Assembly (NCBI GenBank): GCA_039621445.1
Contig: CP154954.1
Span: forward strand, 10,001,521 to 10,065,520
Length of the DNA stretch: 64,000 nt
Direction: 5' to 3'
Source of the DNA: Euglena gracilis
Taxonomy: Eukaryota
How positions within the stretch are numbered: position 1 is the stretch's first letter; the number at the start of each line of letters is the position of its first letter. A program made the position numbers and the translations under genes. Positions 43,097 to 56,600 of this stretch are shown here, in pieces. The notes beneath the pieces were generated by a model. The model saw nothing but the letters and a program-made list of their open reading frames with translations. It ran no database searches and was not told the DNA's origin.

Positions 43097-45030
43097 GATG
43101 ATGCCGGCACAGGCCGTTGTCGTTGCTGAGGCTGGCTTGGGACCCACGCCAACCCCAACTGCATTTTTGGCGAAATTAAAGGACTTCACGGAATCCACTC
43201 CAAAGAAGGAATCTGCGGACACAGTCCTTTTTGCCTGATGGTAGCGCCAAAAACCAGAAAGGAGGTTATGTAGCTCTTGTCAATTTCCAGAAAATTTGTG
43301 AGGTCAGAGGCCACAAAACCAATGACTTGGATGAGTATATGTGCGCTTTTGCGAAGCATGTCCTCTCGGTGCATGCCATGTTCGACACGGAAGCTGAAAA
43401 TATTGCCCACAAGGCCCAAAGACAGCTTCTATGTCAGCAGGCTGGTGTACCCATGTGTGAGTGGGCTCCGCAGACGTTGACAACTTATGTCGACACATTG
43501 GCTGTGATGCACAAATTGACGAAGCCTGAGCATGTAATCGTCCCAAAAGCAAAAACCCAGTTTCCAACTTTTGTCCGATTTGTGGACTCATGTTCATCAC
43601 GGCTGAAAAAGTTCAGAGCACGTCAGCCAGAGGTGCGGGTGCTGGATGATTCAGATGTGCTCAAGCTACATGCACAGACCAAGTGGGATCCTGGTTTGAG
43701 ACGCAACGCTACAACATCCTTGTGCTGTCATACATTTTGGGGCAAAGGTCGGAAAGCATGGAGCTTCTTCGTATTGGAAATTTTCACCCAGACACCGTTG
43801 ATGGCCAGCCAATTTTGAAAGTTAAATTCGGAAAGATGAAAAATTTGCAAAGCGGCTCTTCCAAAGAAGCTCACGAGCAAATTCTTTTTGCCCATGAAAA
43901 TGAAAAGTTATGTCCCCTAGCTGCATACCATCGCCAACTTGCCGTTGTGGAGTCTGATGACCGCAACGGGCCATTTTTCCTTGGTGGTGGAAACATGTCT
44001 GCAGCACGCGACAGCAAAAAAACGCAAGGAGCAAACAAGACCAGCAACAATGTCGACCTTGAAAGGAGCGGTTTTGTGGGCGCGTGGGGTCCTGGGTCGC
44101 CCAGTGACGTTTCGGGACTGTGCCAGGCGGCCTGTTTTCACCCGCTTGGTTAACTCCATGGGTGCGCACAATGCTGCTCGTGTTGTGGGTGTGGTACCAC
44201 GTACAATGGACCGCTACCACAGAGCCCTACCAAGTGATGTGCAACTACAAGCAGCTGCCGTTTTGGCCAAGGTGCCTCCCCCCACAATCGTTTTGCTTCA
44301 CAACTTCATTCATAGTCTACCCTCAAGGTGGAAAAGAAGGAGGATCCTGACGTGAAAAATGGAACACCGAAGAAAGAGGAGAGTGTGAAGATGGAGGTTT
44401 CGAAGTCTGAGGAGCCTGAGATTGTGTCTGTGAAACCAAAGGTCTTTGATGTGGATGCACCTCGCCAGGTAAAGAACACTTTTTCCTTCATAATTACCAA
44501 AATTTTCCGCTGCAACCTCGTGCAAAACGTCCTCGCACTGTTCTGTATCGTGGTGAACCCATCGTCGTCGATGAGAACTCCAGTGACGAGGTTATGTGTT
44601 CAACTTTTATGTGACTGCTAACCACCAACTTTCTCAGGAGCCGGTGATTTGCTCGCAGTATAGTTTGGAGCGCTACCTGGAGGCCAAGAAGGCCGAGTAC
44701 CGGGAGGCGGTCTTTGCTGCGCCGCCGGCACCGGAGGGAGCTGCCACCTCGGTCGTCATGGATAACCTTCCTAACCTCTTCCCGGTCCTGAAGACAGAAA
44801 CCACCGAGGAGCGCATACAAGGAAAGCCTTGTGCTCGGTGTTTTCTGCCTTTGGGCAAGCGAGGCTTGCTTCGCCCAATGGATTGCAATCTGTGCCACGA
44901 ATTTTGGCACCTTGACTGTGCTGGCCGCACCATGCCCCCTCCCCGCAACAGTTGGTGTTGTCCTCGGTGCGATGGCAGGGAGATGCCTCCCATGCCCGCT
45001 CGTGTTCTGAACGCGAAGCGCAAGCACTGA
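43097..45030 (+). pseudogene. Intron-containing tyrosine recombinase + PHD finger gene (Crypton-like), frameshifted
   Basis: LGQRSES (Arg box), KMKN, LCPLAAY, GPFFL, TFRDCARR, TMDRYH (Tyr); GT-AG introns 44272-44327 and 44591-44637 (CTAAC branch); PHD CARC..CNLCHEFWHLDC..WCCPRC. Confidence 0.7.
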
Positions 45031-45153
45031 GGATTACACCAACTGTCTGCCTCCGTTTTTTTTGTCCTGGAACAATCCATTGGCATGACGTTTGCCTGCA
45101 CCAGGTTTTTTCGGTGGCAGCTCCCATCCTCCCTGTGCTTTGACGGCTTTTTG

Positions 45154-45540
45154 CTACCACCCCCCCCCCCTTATTGTCCCACCCACCTCTCCCCGGGAGG
45201 CCCGACCGGACAATAAGGGGGGGGGGACAATAAGGGGGTACCAAAGGAATTTCATTGGCCGGGCCAAAAAATCCCCCGTCGGCCGGGGCCCAGGGACAAT
45301 AAGGGGGGGGGACAATAAGGGGGGGGGGGTGGTATTAATTTGGCCACTTATGGGTACCACCCCCCCCCCTTATTGTCCCACCGACCTCTCCCCGGGAGGC
45401 CCGACCGGACAATAAGGGGGGGGGGACAATAAGGGGGTACCAAAGGAATTTCATTGGCCGGGCCAAAAAATCCCCTGTCGGCCGGGGCCCAGGGACAATA
45501 AGGGGGGGGGACAATAAGGGGGGGGGGGGGTGGTATCTTG
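45154..45540. repeat. Tandem pair of palindromic CCCCTTATTGTCCC...GGACAATAAGGGG elements
   Basis: About 200-bp unit duplicated; related copies at about 3565-3650, 4390-4495, 50545-50600 and 50830-50930. Confidence 0.8.
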
Positions 45541-46572
45541 ACAACCATCCAACTGCTGTTTCAGTGTCCCAAATGTGGTTGCAACCATATCCATCGGCTG
45601 GTTGAAAATTTGGGGGGGGTCCACCGGACTCAAGACAAAGCCGGTGGACCCCCCTCCACCGGCTTTGTCACCCCTGAGTCCATCGTAGGGGGTCACCGGC
45701 TTTGTCCTGAGTCCGGCGGGGGGGGGGGTCACCGACTTAAAGCTTTGTAGATCCGTGCTACCGTGTTCACACATATGTCTTAAATGACGCAACCGGCATG
45801 GAGCGAATTCAGCCATTCTTTCCAACCTTGTCACGCTTTGCCTTCAGACGTGGGACCACGTCTTCCTTGCTGGGGTAAAGTTCCGCAGCATCGACCGTCC
45901 ACAGTGCCCAGCCCACAAAGAGGGTATACCCTCACCCCCCCTCAAAGTGTCCCCCCCCCTCAAAGTGGCCAAAAATTTTGGCAAAATTTGGCAAAAAAAC
46001 GACTGCAACCCATTTTTTCTCCAGAGGAAACATGTGGTGATCTTGGGGTACACCACGGGATACCGTGGAGAGGTGCTTCGCCGCATGGAGGTCAAATGGC
46101 TGAAACCAGGCTTTGCGGACGGGCGCAAAACTTATTCCATCGTGGTGGGGACAATGAAAAACCTTCCGGGTGATCTAAATCACATAGATGCCAAATTGTT
46201 CACATTGTTGATCACCCAGGGAGATGGTCCACGTATCTGTCCCGTCCCCCCCCCCAAAAGTGTTCACAGTTTCCCGTGAGAAAACGTGAACATTACACAA
46301 TTTCCCACAGGGAAACATTTAACGTTCACGGGCACCCAAGGTTGACGGCTTGTTTTTTTGAAACAAAAAAAAATGTTTTTTTAAAAAACATATGTCTTTT
46401 TTTAAAAAAAACAAAAAAAACGTCATGGAGGGTTTGGGGGAATTCTTTGCAATGTTTTTGGGGAAAAGTTCATTTTTATTTCTGCAGTATATATATTTTT
46501 GTTTTTTGGGGGGTTGAAAAAAAGATTTTTTGCACCAGAAAACACAGATTTGGAAATATTTTAACACACACA

Positions 46573-47347
46573 GGAGGCTAGGCACATGGGGGGGGGCTGA
46601 GGGGGGGCGAGCGGCCACGCAGGCGGCCGCGCGGGGGGGAGGGGGGGGAAGGGTGGTCCGAGGGCGGCCGCGCGGGCGGCGCGCATCCTAAAATCGGTGA
46701 TATTCGCGTCCAAAAAGTGGTCATTTTTTGCAAATTTTTGGGCCATTTTTGACCGAAAAAGTGCTTTTTTTGGCTGCGCGCAGAGCGCGCGGCCCCCAAT
46801 TTTGCCATTTTATGTCCGAAAATGGTCATTTTTGGTCATTTTTGGGCCTCAAAAAAGTCGCAATTTTTTCACAAATTTTTTTTCTTGGCCATGCTAGGCA
46901 CAGTGGGGGGGGTCCAGGGGGGGGGCGAGCGGCCGCGCGGGGCGGCCGCGCAAGGGCTGCGCAAAGGGGGGGGGAGGGGGGGGCTCGGACCCCCCGAGCG
47001 GCGCGCCTAGCCTCCATAACACACATAAAAAAACTTTGGAGGCTAGGCGCGCCGCTCGGGGGGGGGTCCGGGACCCCTCCCCCCCCGCGGCCCATGCCCG
47101 GCCGCCCGTGCGGCCGCTCGCCCCCCCTCGGTCTCCCCCTCACTGTGCCTAGCATAGCCAAGAAAAGGCATTCTTTGAGCAAAAATGGTCCAAAAATGGC
47201 CCAAAATGACCACTTTTTGGACCCGAAAATGGGCCGCGCGCCGCCCGCGCGGCCGCCCTTGGACCCCCCCCCCCCCCCCCCGCCGCGCGGCCGCCCGCGC
47301 GGCCGCTCGCCCCCCCCAGCCCCTCCCCCCCACTGTGCCTAGCCTCC
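46573..47347. repeat. GC-rich foldback repeat bounded by GGAGGCTAGGC/GCCTAGCCTCC
   Basis: Terminal and internal inverted GGAGGCTAGGC motifs; the arms are mutually reverse-complementary. Confidence 0.7.
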
Positions 47348-47968
47348 TTTAGAGCGGGTATTCCCCCGTGACCCCCCCCCCCCACCCGACCTAAGACCCT
47401 TTTCGGCCAATTTTTTTTCTGAAAAAAACTTGGCTAGTGATGCCTAATTTGACAAAATACCCTCACCCCCCCCCTATTTGGCCAGGGCTCCTTCAGACCC
47501 CCAAGACAAGACCAGCCAATTTCGGCAAGGCCGCAAAAAGGGCTCAGAAAACCTCCAAAAATGTCCGTTTCGAAAATTTTTAAAATTCGCCGGATAAGAA
47601 AAAGTCATGACCAATCCAACTGTGCTCAAAAAATCGACAAATTTTGCACAGGGAAAATTTTTGGGGGTGGGGGTCCTCGAGCCCCCCCCCCCCCGGAGGC
47701 CAATTAGCCAATTAGGGGGGGGGCAAATAAGGGGGGGGTGAGGGTATTCAGGTAAATTCCTGATTTTGAGGCATAAATTTTGCAAAATTTGGACTGGTGA
47801 TGCCTAATTTGGTGTCAAAATACTAATTTTAGGTTGGTGGATTCCTAATTTGGAGCCAAAAAGTATTTTCCCCAAAATTTCGTTTTCGGTGTTTCCTAAT
47901 TTGGCCACCGAAAATGTGGTGTTCCCCCATGACCCCTCCCCCCGTGAACCCCCCCCCCCCCCCCGTGG

Positions 47969-48882
47969 GTGCCAAACGGTAGACTGGGGGGGGGGTAGTG
48001 GGTAGTCGGCCGACTACCCAATTGGTCGGCCGACTAGTCGGCGGACCAATTGGGTAGTCGGCCGACTACCCACTCTCATGTACTAACGGGTCAAAACTGC
48101 CGACTTTTAAGCCCCCCCCCCCTGGGAAAAAAACTTTTTTCTAAATCACCTCAACACCAGTCAAAACCCACCCAAATGGCTCCAGAACCCCCCAATCGGG
48201 GGTGAATATGCAAAAAAAAATGGGGGAAAATGTCCATTTTGGGACACTTTTGACAAAAGAACACCTCTCCCCATTGGATTTTCAATATAAGTCAAAATTT
48301 GTCTTATCCCTCCAAGTCTATTGCCAACACAGAAGGGATTTTGTTATTTGAGGGGGGGGTGCGGGAGGGGGGCGGAGCCCCCCGCCTATGCCAAAGTGAG
48401 CCACAAAAACGACTTAGCCCCCGAGTATGTTGCATTTCTAAAGGATTTTCATGTAATCCCTGTTTCATCATTGGTTTTTTACACCTCCGGACCCCCATCA
48501 AGGGCCCACCGACCCCCCACCGACCAAAGATTTCCATCTGGGGGTGTTTATTTAGGCGTAAAACGGTTATTTGGACCCATCCGGACCATTTCCGGGTGAT
48601 TTGGGCCCGCCACAGACCATTTTTATGACCGCCGACTAGCCACCGACTAGTTGTATTGGATTTTCTTCATGGGGGGGGCTTAAAAGATGGCGGTTTGGAC
48701 CCGTTAGTACATTAGAGTGGGCAGTTGGCCGACTAGTCGGCCGACTACCCACTACCCCCCCCCCCCCCACTGTCTCGCCGACTAGCTGCCGACCAGGCCT
48801 AGCCGGCCGACCAATTGGGTAGTCGGCCGACTAGTCGGCCGACTACCCACTCCCCCCCCCCCCCCAGTCTCCCGCCATGCCC
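47969..48882 (-). mobile_element. Foldback/MITE-like element, copy 2 (inverted relative to 39149-40583)
   Basis: Shared internal text (frames with GRWGVGGPLMGVRRCKKPMMKQG on opposite strands) and matching termini. Confidence 0.85.
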
Positions 48883-49764
48883 CCCCCCCCCCGTGACCCG
48901 AACCACACCCGAAAATTTTTCCTCAAAAATGGCGATTTCGCAAGGAAAAAAGTCAATGTTTGCTTTTTCAAAAAAACGTGTTTTTTTGCGTTTTTTTTAA
49001 AAAAACATGTTTTTTTGTTGTTTTTTTATTAAAAAAAACAAAAAAAGCGTCAACCCTGCGGGTACCTCATGGGGTACCCGTGAACGTTACACAATTTTCT
49101 CACTTAGGGTAACCCATGACTGTTAAACGGTTTAAATCTTTAAAAAATGCTGTATCACTGCATTCCTTATCATTCAAATGGCTTGTTACCTGAAGTTAGA
49201 ATGAAGCCCATTCCCGAAAATTTACAGCCAACATATGCCGGGAATGTTTGTAAAAAGTGAGGTTGTTGTGATGGTGTTGGGCGGATCGTTTGGTTTTCTG
49301 GGCCACGCAACGGCACCAGGAGTGAGAGCACCCTGTAGAAAGGATATGGCCCCAAAGAATTTTAGGCCGCGAGGTTGGACTTGCGGATGGGGCCCACGGT
49401 GGAAATTACCGGCTCATTGCACCACTTCGGAAACCCCCAAGCAAACCCCTGCACACTCGAAAACAGCGTTACAACCAACTTTCACTCTTTTTTCCGTGCC
49501 AAGATTGAACAACCCAGGGTCACGGGGAGGGGTCACGGGGGAGGTTCGGCATGTCTGACGAGGACCCTCGGCCGCCAGGGGGAGGATGTGGTGGAAGGGG
49601 TGGCAGAGGTTGTGCGCGATGAAGATGATGATGAGGTGGGAGGTCTGGCAATTCTCCCCTTTCTGTTGGGTTGATAGGGGGGTGGGGGCTGCAAGAGCAG
49701 CAGCTTGTTGGAGCAACTGGTTGTGGTGGATGTCCTCCAGCATGTCCATGACCTTGTGATCACT

Positions 49765-50030
49765 CATCCTCCTGGGGCTTCTCCATGGTCCTGCTTGGTC
49801 CCTCCTGGACTCTCCCCTGCTGTGCGGGGGGTCTCTCCAGGGATGTGCTTCAGCTTCCCTCCTCCTAGGCTCTCCCCTTTGGGGGTCTCTCCAGGGCTGT
49901 GCTGCAACTTCCTCCCTCCTGGGCTCTCCCCTCTTGTACAGGAGGTCTCTCCAGCGCTGTGCTTTAGCTTCTCACCTCCTATCAGGTTCTCCCCTCCTGG
50001 GTTCTCCCCTTCCAGGCTGGGGTGCAAAAT
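49765..50030. repeat. Imperfect tandem repeat, about 60-bp unit (CCTCCTGGGCTCTCCCC...)
   Basis: 4-5 diverged units; minus frame repeats GESPGG.KL.H.PGE. Confidence 0.6.
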
Positions 50031-50048
50031 TTGTTAGGATACATTTTG

Positions 50049-50125
50049 ACACTTTCTGAGTAGCTTTTTTTTGTTCGCATATCATGTCGGACAAATGAAA
50101 GCCCCTGGTGGGGTATATTTTGAAG
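50049..50125 (+). other. Degenerate spliced leader plus the same downstream motif as 32056-32134
   Basis: ACACTTTCTGAGTAGCTTTTTTTTGTTCG-CATATCATGTCGGACAA..AAAGCCCCTGGTGGGGTATATTTTGAAG. Confidence 0.75.
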
Positions 50126-53045
50126 TTCCGAAGTTCGACATCACACATTCTGAAATTGCGAAGCACTTCATTACATTGCAGATTGGTTGACATTGGAACC
50201 CGTTCTCAACATGAGTGAGCGAGAGAGACGTGGATTCCAGGTATAAGAGGGCGCTGAAGCGCCGCTGGGAGAAAGATACATGTCCCCGGGCGAGAGGCGA
50301 CGCGCCAGAGCACTGAGCCGCCAGATGAAAGCCAGGAGGAAAGCAGACAAAACAAGACACCAGGTCTGCAGGAGAAGCAGCCCCAGGAGACACAGCAGCC
50401 CTGGGAGATCTATGGAAAAGCAAGCTGCCAGAAGTTCCAGGAGCCCTCCTGAAGAAGAAGCCCATCCTTTCTTCAGTCTGACACCAAAGTCACCAGAACC
50501 ACAAAGCCAACAAATGGCCCTCATGCCCATGGAGTACCATGCCCCCCCCCTTTACTGTCCCCCCCCCTTACTGTTCCCATTGGGGGGACGGGAACAGTAC
50601 AGTGTCATAGCACTTTTTGTAAAGGATTCTTGGAACACAATTCAAAAAAGGGGATTTTTTGGTCAGTTTTTAGGTGCTTTCCATCCCACCAAAATCCAAC
50701 CTAATGCCAAAATGGATGTTGTGGAGGTGCAATTTTCAAGCATGTAAACCAAAAAAGCTTCATTTTGGCATTTTAGGTCGCCTTTTGGGTCTAACTTGGT
50801 TGGTTGGTTCATGGCCCATGGGAGCAGCAGGGGGGGGGGAGCTCGTCCCCCCCCTTACTGTTCCCCCCCTTACTGTTCCCATGGACCCAAAAGGGGGCCA
50901 CGGGACGGGAACAGTAAGGGGGGGGCATGGTAACAAAGCTCAAGCTCCGGGCACGTTCTGGGTGAAGCTGTGCTACCCGCCGTGAGAGGAGTGTCCGACT
51001 TCCTTTCTTTTTGGAATGCCAGAAGTACCGATGAGGAAGCTTTTTGAAAATCTCTGCATACGTCAACACTCCAAACCACCAGTTTTTTTATTTCCCTTGC
51101 GAGTGTGAGCGACAGCCCCTGCCACACATGGTAGTCTCCTCCCATTGACTATGCTCTCCATAAATTCCATTGCGCAACCTCCACCTCCAAAACATGCTGA
51201 ACTGTTTGGCTGTTGGGCCCATGAAAAAACCTTCTCGTCTGTTGGTCATGGACCATTCACCATTCATGGAACAAATGGGACACAAACCTGCTAAAAAACA
51301 CCACGAATGGCACACCCACACACACCAATGTGTGCCAACCACAGCCAAGTTTAATAACTGGCTTGACAAGGAAGTAACGTTTGACAACACCAGCGGATGA
51401 AGAGCGCACCTTGCGCGTACATTTGACCTTCAAAACAATATAACAACCTGTACACAATGTTTTTCAGTTGCACCATCAGCGTACCTCACCTTTGTTCAAT
51501 CACACTCGCATTGCGCCTTGTGCGCACGACGTTGTACAGTTAGCACCACAATCACGCTGTAGATGTTGTACATAGAACGCCCCACCGAGTCCCCTTTTAC
51601 AACTAACACGTGAAAACGATGGCCACGTAGCCTAGAATGATGGCCACCTCAAAAAAAAGGTTTTCCACATTCCCCAGAATGATGGTCACCTAACCCAAAA
51701 CTCTGGCCACCGAACGTGCCCTCCTTAGCCACTGGACCTGTAAACGTTGGCCACTTTTTCTGGAACTTGAAAATGTTGGCTTTTTTTTGTTGTGTCGTAT
51801 GTTGAATGATCCTGTGCTGCCCGGCTTCTTTTTTTCACTCTTCCCTCAGTTTTTTTTCTCAATGCCCGTTTGAAGGCATTTTGGTTGGCGTCGTGGGCGC
51901 CGTCAGGCCCATCAAATTCTGTCCCGAGAGAAGCTGGATGACATTTTTGGTGCATTGAGCGCCGATGAGCACTGAGACCCCGAGCTCAGTACTGCGCAAT
52001 TGGCACGCCGGTTCAACATTCCCCGTCGAAGTGTCTGGCGATTGTACGAGGAATGGCAGGACCATAGCTTTGCTCAGGCTCATTTTCCGTGTCTCCTCGC
52101 GTGAAAGGATGAGCGGTTTTATTTCAGAAAACACATCCCCATGTTGTCTGTCACCACAATTTTCCTTCCTTTTTTTTGCAAGAAAAAAATTATAACAAAT
52201 GATGTCTTTTGGTTGTCAGTTTGTTCCTTTTCTTTTCTCAACACGATTTCGTTCCCAATCCACGTGTTCTGAAAAGTTTACTACACAGTAAGAAAATAAA
52301 TTGACCTGTAAAACGTTCAGCCCTCTTTGCAAATGGCAGGTAAGAAGCAGATAACCAAAAATTTTCATTGCTTGTTGCACACATGAATTAAAAAAGACGA
52401 AATTCCGTTGCATTGGTGTCAGGGAAGTTACTGCAATGTCAATGCTTTCGTTTGACAACTCTTTTGTCAAATCTCCATTCCGCAATCAGACTGGCACCAC
52501 TTCAAGCATTGTATAGCCTCAATGAAGACATTTGTTTTCAATGAGGCGGGCACTGTCCGATCGTTGAACCCAGTTGTCTCAGGACCTGTGCATGGGTGTA
52601 GATGAAAGTTGTAGAGTTATTTTTGACATTAAATGTGAAAACTACATGCATTCGTTCTTGTACGACAAGGCAAGGATGAGGATGTTTTAAAAAAAAATCT
52701 GGTACAACACGTCACTAAAAATTTTTTGCTTAGAAACATAATTTTGTTTTATGAATGGAGGACTCTTCAGTAGGTCCGACAAGGTTTCTTTGCATTATTT
52801 TTTTGAAACTTTTTTTTTATTATCCTGGTGACGATGTTACATATGACATATTCAAATGTTGTTGCTCCTTTCACAACATTACAATTGCCATTACCCCCCC
52901 CTAAATGACACCCCCTTTGGTCTCAGCCAGGGGCCAAAATTGCAATCAGGGGGGGTCAATTAGGGGGGGGGGGTCCCGGAGCCGAAAATTCAGGGGGGTC
53001 GGTTAAGAACCCCCCCGGGGCGTTGGCAGGGGGGGGGGTCCCGAG

Positions 53046-53258
53046 CAGGCTTGTGCTTAGTCGGGTGCCTACCCCACGGGGGGGGGGTGCTAGGGGCAGT
53101 CACCCCATAGCACCTGATCCGACCCCCCCCAGGGGGGGGGGTAGGGTTTTGACCCCGGCGCCGAAGGCGCCGGGGGCCCGGAAAAGGCCATTTTCAATGA
53201 AAATTTTCTGGGTCCCCCCCGGACCCCTATCCCCCCCCGGTTGGTAAGCACAAGCATG
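53046..53258. mobile_element. hAT-like MITE
   Basis: TIR CAGGCTTGTGCTTA/TAAGCACAAGCATG; perfect 8-bp TSD GTCCCGAG. Confidence 0.9.
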
Positions 53259-53664
53259 GTCCCGAGGTCTGATTTTTTTTGCATTTTTTGGCACTTTTTG
53301 CTGTACTCTCTCAACACTGGGCGGGGTCCTGGGGTCCCAAACTGTACTGCCAACCCCCCCTCAAAAATCGGCCAAAAACCGGCGCCGAAGGCGCTGTAAA
53401 AAATTTTAAGGCCTTTTTTTGGTCTAAAAAGGCCATTTTTGGTGTCAAAAATATCATTTGTCTCGGGGGGTCGGCACTAGGGGGGGGGATCCGGAAAATC
53501 CTAACTGTACAGGGGGGGAGGGGGGCTCCCCCAAAACCCCAACTGTACTGCCGTCGCCCCACCATCCAAAAGGGGCATGTTTCCCCGTGTCCCCCCCCGT
53601 GTCCCACCCCCCGTGCCAAAGGAACAAAGCACAGTGTGGTCTGTTTAATGAGGCGATCTGCGTT

Positions 53665-56600
53665 GTTTGAGGGCCCCAAAATAACAAAATCCCTTGTGTT
53701 ACCCACCCGTTTTGGGGGGCAAATCCCTTTTGTTGCCCAACTGTTCGAGGGCCCCAAAATAACAAAATCCCTTGTGTTACCCACCCGTTTTGGGGGGCAA
53801 ATTCCTTTTGTTGCCCAACTGTTCGAGGGCCCCTAAATAACAAAATCCCTTGTGTTACCCACCCGTTTTGGGGGGCAAATCCTTTTTGTTGCCCAACTGT
53901 TCGAGGGCCCCAAAATAACAAAATCCCTTGTGTTACCCACCCGTTTTGGGGGGCAAATCCCTTGTGTAACCCAACTGATTTGGGGGGCAAATCCCTTTTG
54001 TTGCCCAACTGTTCGAGGGCCCCTAAATAACAAAATCCCTTGTGTTACCCACCCGTTTTGGGGGGCAAATCCCTTTTGTTGCCCTACTTTTCCAGGGCCC
54101 CAAAATAACACAATACCTTGTGTTACCCACCCGTTTTGGGGGGCAAATCCCTTGTTTAACCCAACTGATCTGGGGGGCAAATCCCTTTTGTTGCCCAACT
54201 GTTCGAGGGCCCCTAAATAACAAAATCCCTTGTGTTACCCACCCGTTTTGGGGGGCAAATCCCTTGATTCACCCAACTGATTTGGGGGGTAAATCCCTTT
54301 TGTTGCCCAACTGTTCGAGGTCCCCTAAATAACAAAATCCCTTGTGTTACCCACCCGTTTTGGGGGGCAAATCCCTTGTGCAACCCAACTGATTTGGGGG
54401 GCAAATCCCTTTTGTTGCCCAACTGTTCGAGGGCCCCAAAATAACAAAATCCCTTGTGTTACCCACCCGTTTTGGGGGGCATATCCCTTTTGTTGCCCAA
54501 CTGTTCGAGGGCCCCAAAATAACAAAATCCCTTGTGTTACCCACCCGTTTTGGGGGGCAAATCCCTTTTGTTGCCCAACTGTTCGAGGGCCCCAAAATAA
54601 CAAAATCCCTTGTGTTACCCACCCGTTTTGGGGGGCAAATTCCTTTTGTTGCCCAACTGTTCGAGGCCCCCAAAATAACAAAATCCCTTGTGTTACCCAC
54701 CCGTTTTGGGGGGCAAATCCCTTTTGTTGCCCAACTGTTCGAGGGCCCCAAAATAACAAAATCCCTTGTGTTACCCACCCGTTTTGGGGGGCAAATCCCT
54801 TTTGTTGCCCAACTGTTCGAGGGCCCCAAAATAACAAAATCCCTTGTGTTACCCACCCGTTTTGCGGGGCAAATCCCTTTTGTTGCCCAACTGTTCGAGG
54901 GCCCCAAAATAACAAAATCCCTTGTGTTACCCACCCGTTTTGGGGGGCAAATCCCTTTTGTTGCCCAACTGTTCGAGGGCCCCAAAATAACAAAATCCCT
55001 TGCGTTACCCACCCGTTTTGGGGGGCAAATCCCTTGTGTAACCCAACTGATTTGGGGGGCAAATCCCTTTTGTTGCCCAACTGTTGAGGGCCCCTAAATA
55101 ACAAAATCCCTTGTGTTACCCACCCGTTTTGCGGGGCAAATCCCATGTGTAACCCAACTGTTTTGGGGGGCAAATCCCTTTTGTTGCCCAACTGTTCGAG
55201 GGCCCCAAAATAACAAAATCCCTTGTGTTACCCATCCGTTTTGGGGGGCAAATCCCTTTTGTTGCCCAACTGTTCGAGGGCTCCTCCCTTGTGTTACCCA
55301 CCCGTTTTGGGGGGCAAATCCCTTTTGTTGCCCAACTGTTCGAGGGCCCCAAAATAACAAAATCCCTTGTGTTACCCATCCGTTTTGGGGGGCAAATCCC
55401 TTTTGTTGCCCAACTGTTCGAGGGCTCCTCCCTTGTGTTACCCACCCGTTTTGGGGGGCAAATCCCTTTTGTTGCCCAACTGTTCGAGGGCCCCAAAATA
55501 ACACAATCCCTTGTGTTACCCACCCGTTTTGGGGGGCAAATCCCTTGTTTAACCCAACTGATCTGGGGGGCAAATCCCTTTTGTTGCCCAACTGTTCGAG
55601 GGCCCCTAAATAACAAAATCCCTTGTGTTACCCACCCGTTTTGGGGGGCAAATCCCTTGATTCACCCAACTGATTTGGGGGGTAAATCCCTTTTGTTGCC
55701 CAACTGTTCGAGGGCCCCTAAATAACAAAATCCCTTGTGTTACCCACCCGTTTTGGGGGGCAAATCCCTTTTGTTGCCCAACTGTTCGAGGGCCCCAAAA
55801 TAACAAAATCCCTTGTGTTACCCACCCGTTTTGGGGGGCAAATTCCTTTTGTTGCCCAACTGTTCGAGGGCCCCAAAATAACAAAATCCCTTGTGTTACC
55901 CACCCGTTTTGGGGGGCAAATCCCTTTTGTTGCCCAACTGTTCGAGGGCCCCAAAATAACAAAATCCCTTGTTTTCCCACCCGTTTTGGGGGGCAAATCC
56001 CTTTTGTTGCCCAACTGTTCGAGGGCCCCTAAATAACAAAATCCCTTGTGTTACCCACCCGTTTTGGGGGGCAAATCCTTTTTGTTGCCCAACTGTTCGA
56101 GGGCCCCAAAATAACAAAATCCCTTGTGTTACCCACCCGTTTTGGGGGGCAAATCCCTTGTGTAACCCAACTGATTTGGGGGGCAAATCCCTTTTGTTGC
56201 CCAACTGTTCGAGGGCCCCTAAATAACAAAATCCCTTGTGTTACCCACCCGTTTTGGGGGGCAAATCCCTTTTGTTGCCCTACTTTTCCAGGGCCCCAAA
56301 ATAACACAATACCTTGTGTTACCCACCCGTTTTGGGGGGCAAATCCCTTGTTTAACCCAACTGATCTGGGGGGCAAATCCCTTTTGTTGCCCAACTGTTC
56401 GAGGGCCCCTAAATAACAAAATCCCTTGTGTTACCCACCCGTTTTGGGGGGCAAATCCCTTGATTCACCCAACTGATTTGGGGGGTAAATCCCTTTTGTT
56501 GCCCAACTGTTCGAGGCCCCTAAATAACAAAATCCCTTGTGTTACCCACCCGTTTTGGGGGGCAAATCCCTTGTGCAACCCAACTGATTTGGGGGGCAAA

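Noticed and set aside
50950-52860. Possible host gene exons
   Set aside because: Only short ORFs with no recognisable motif; I could not support a call
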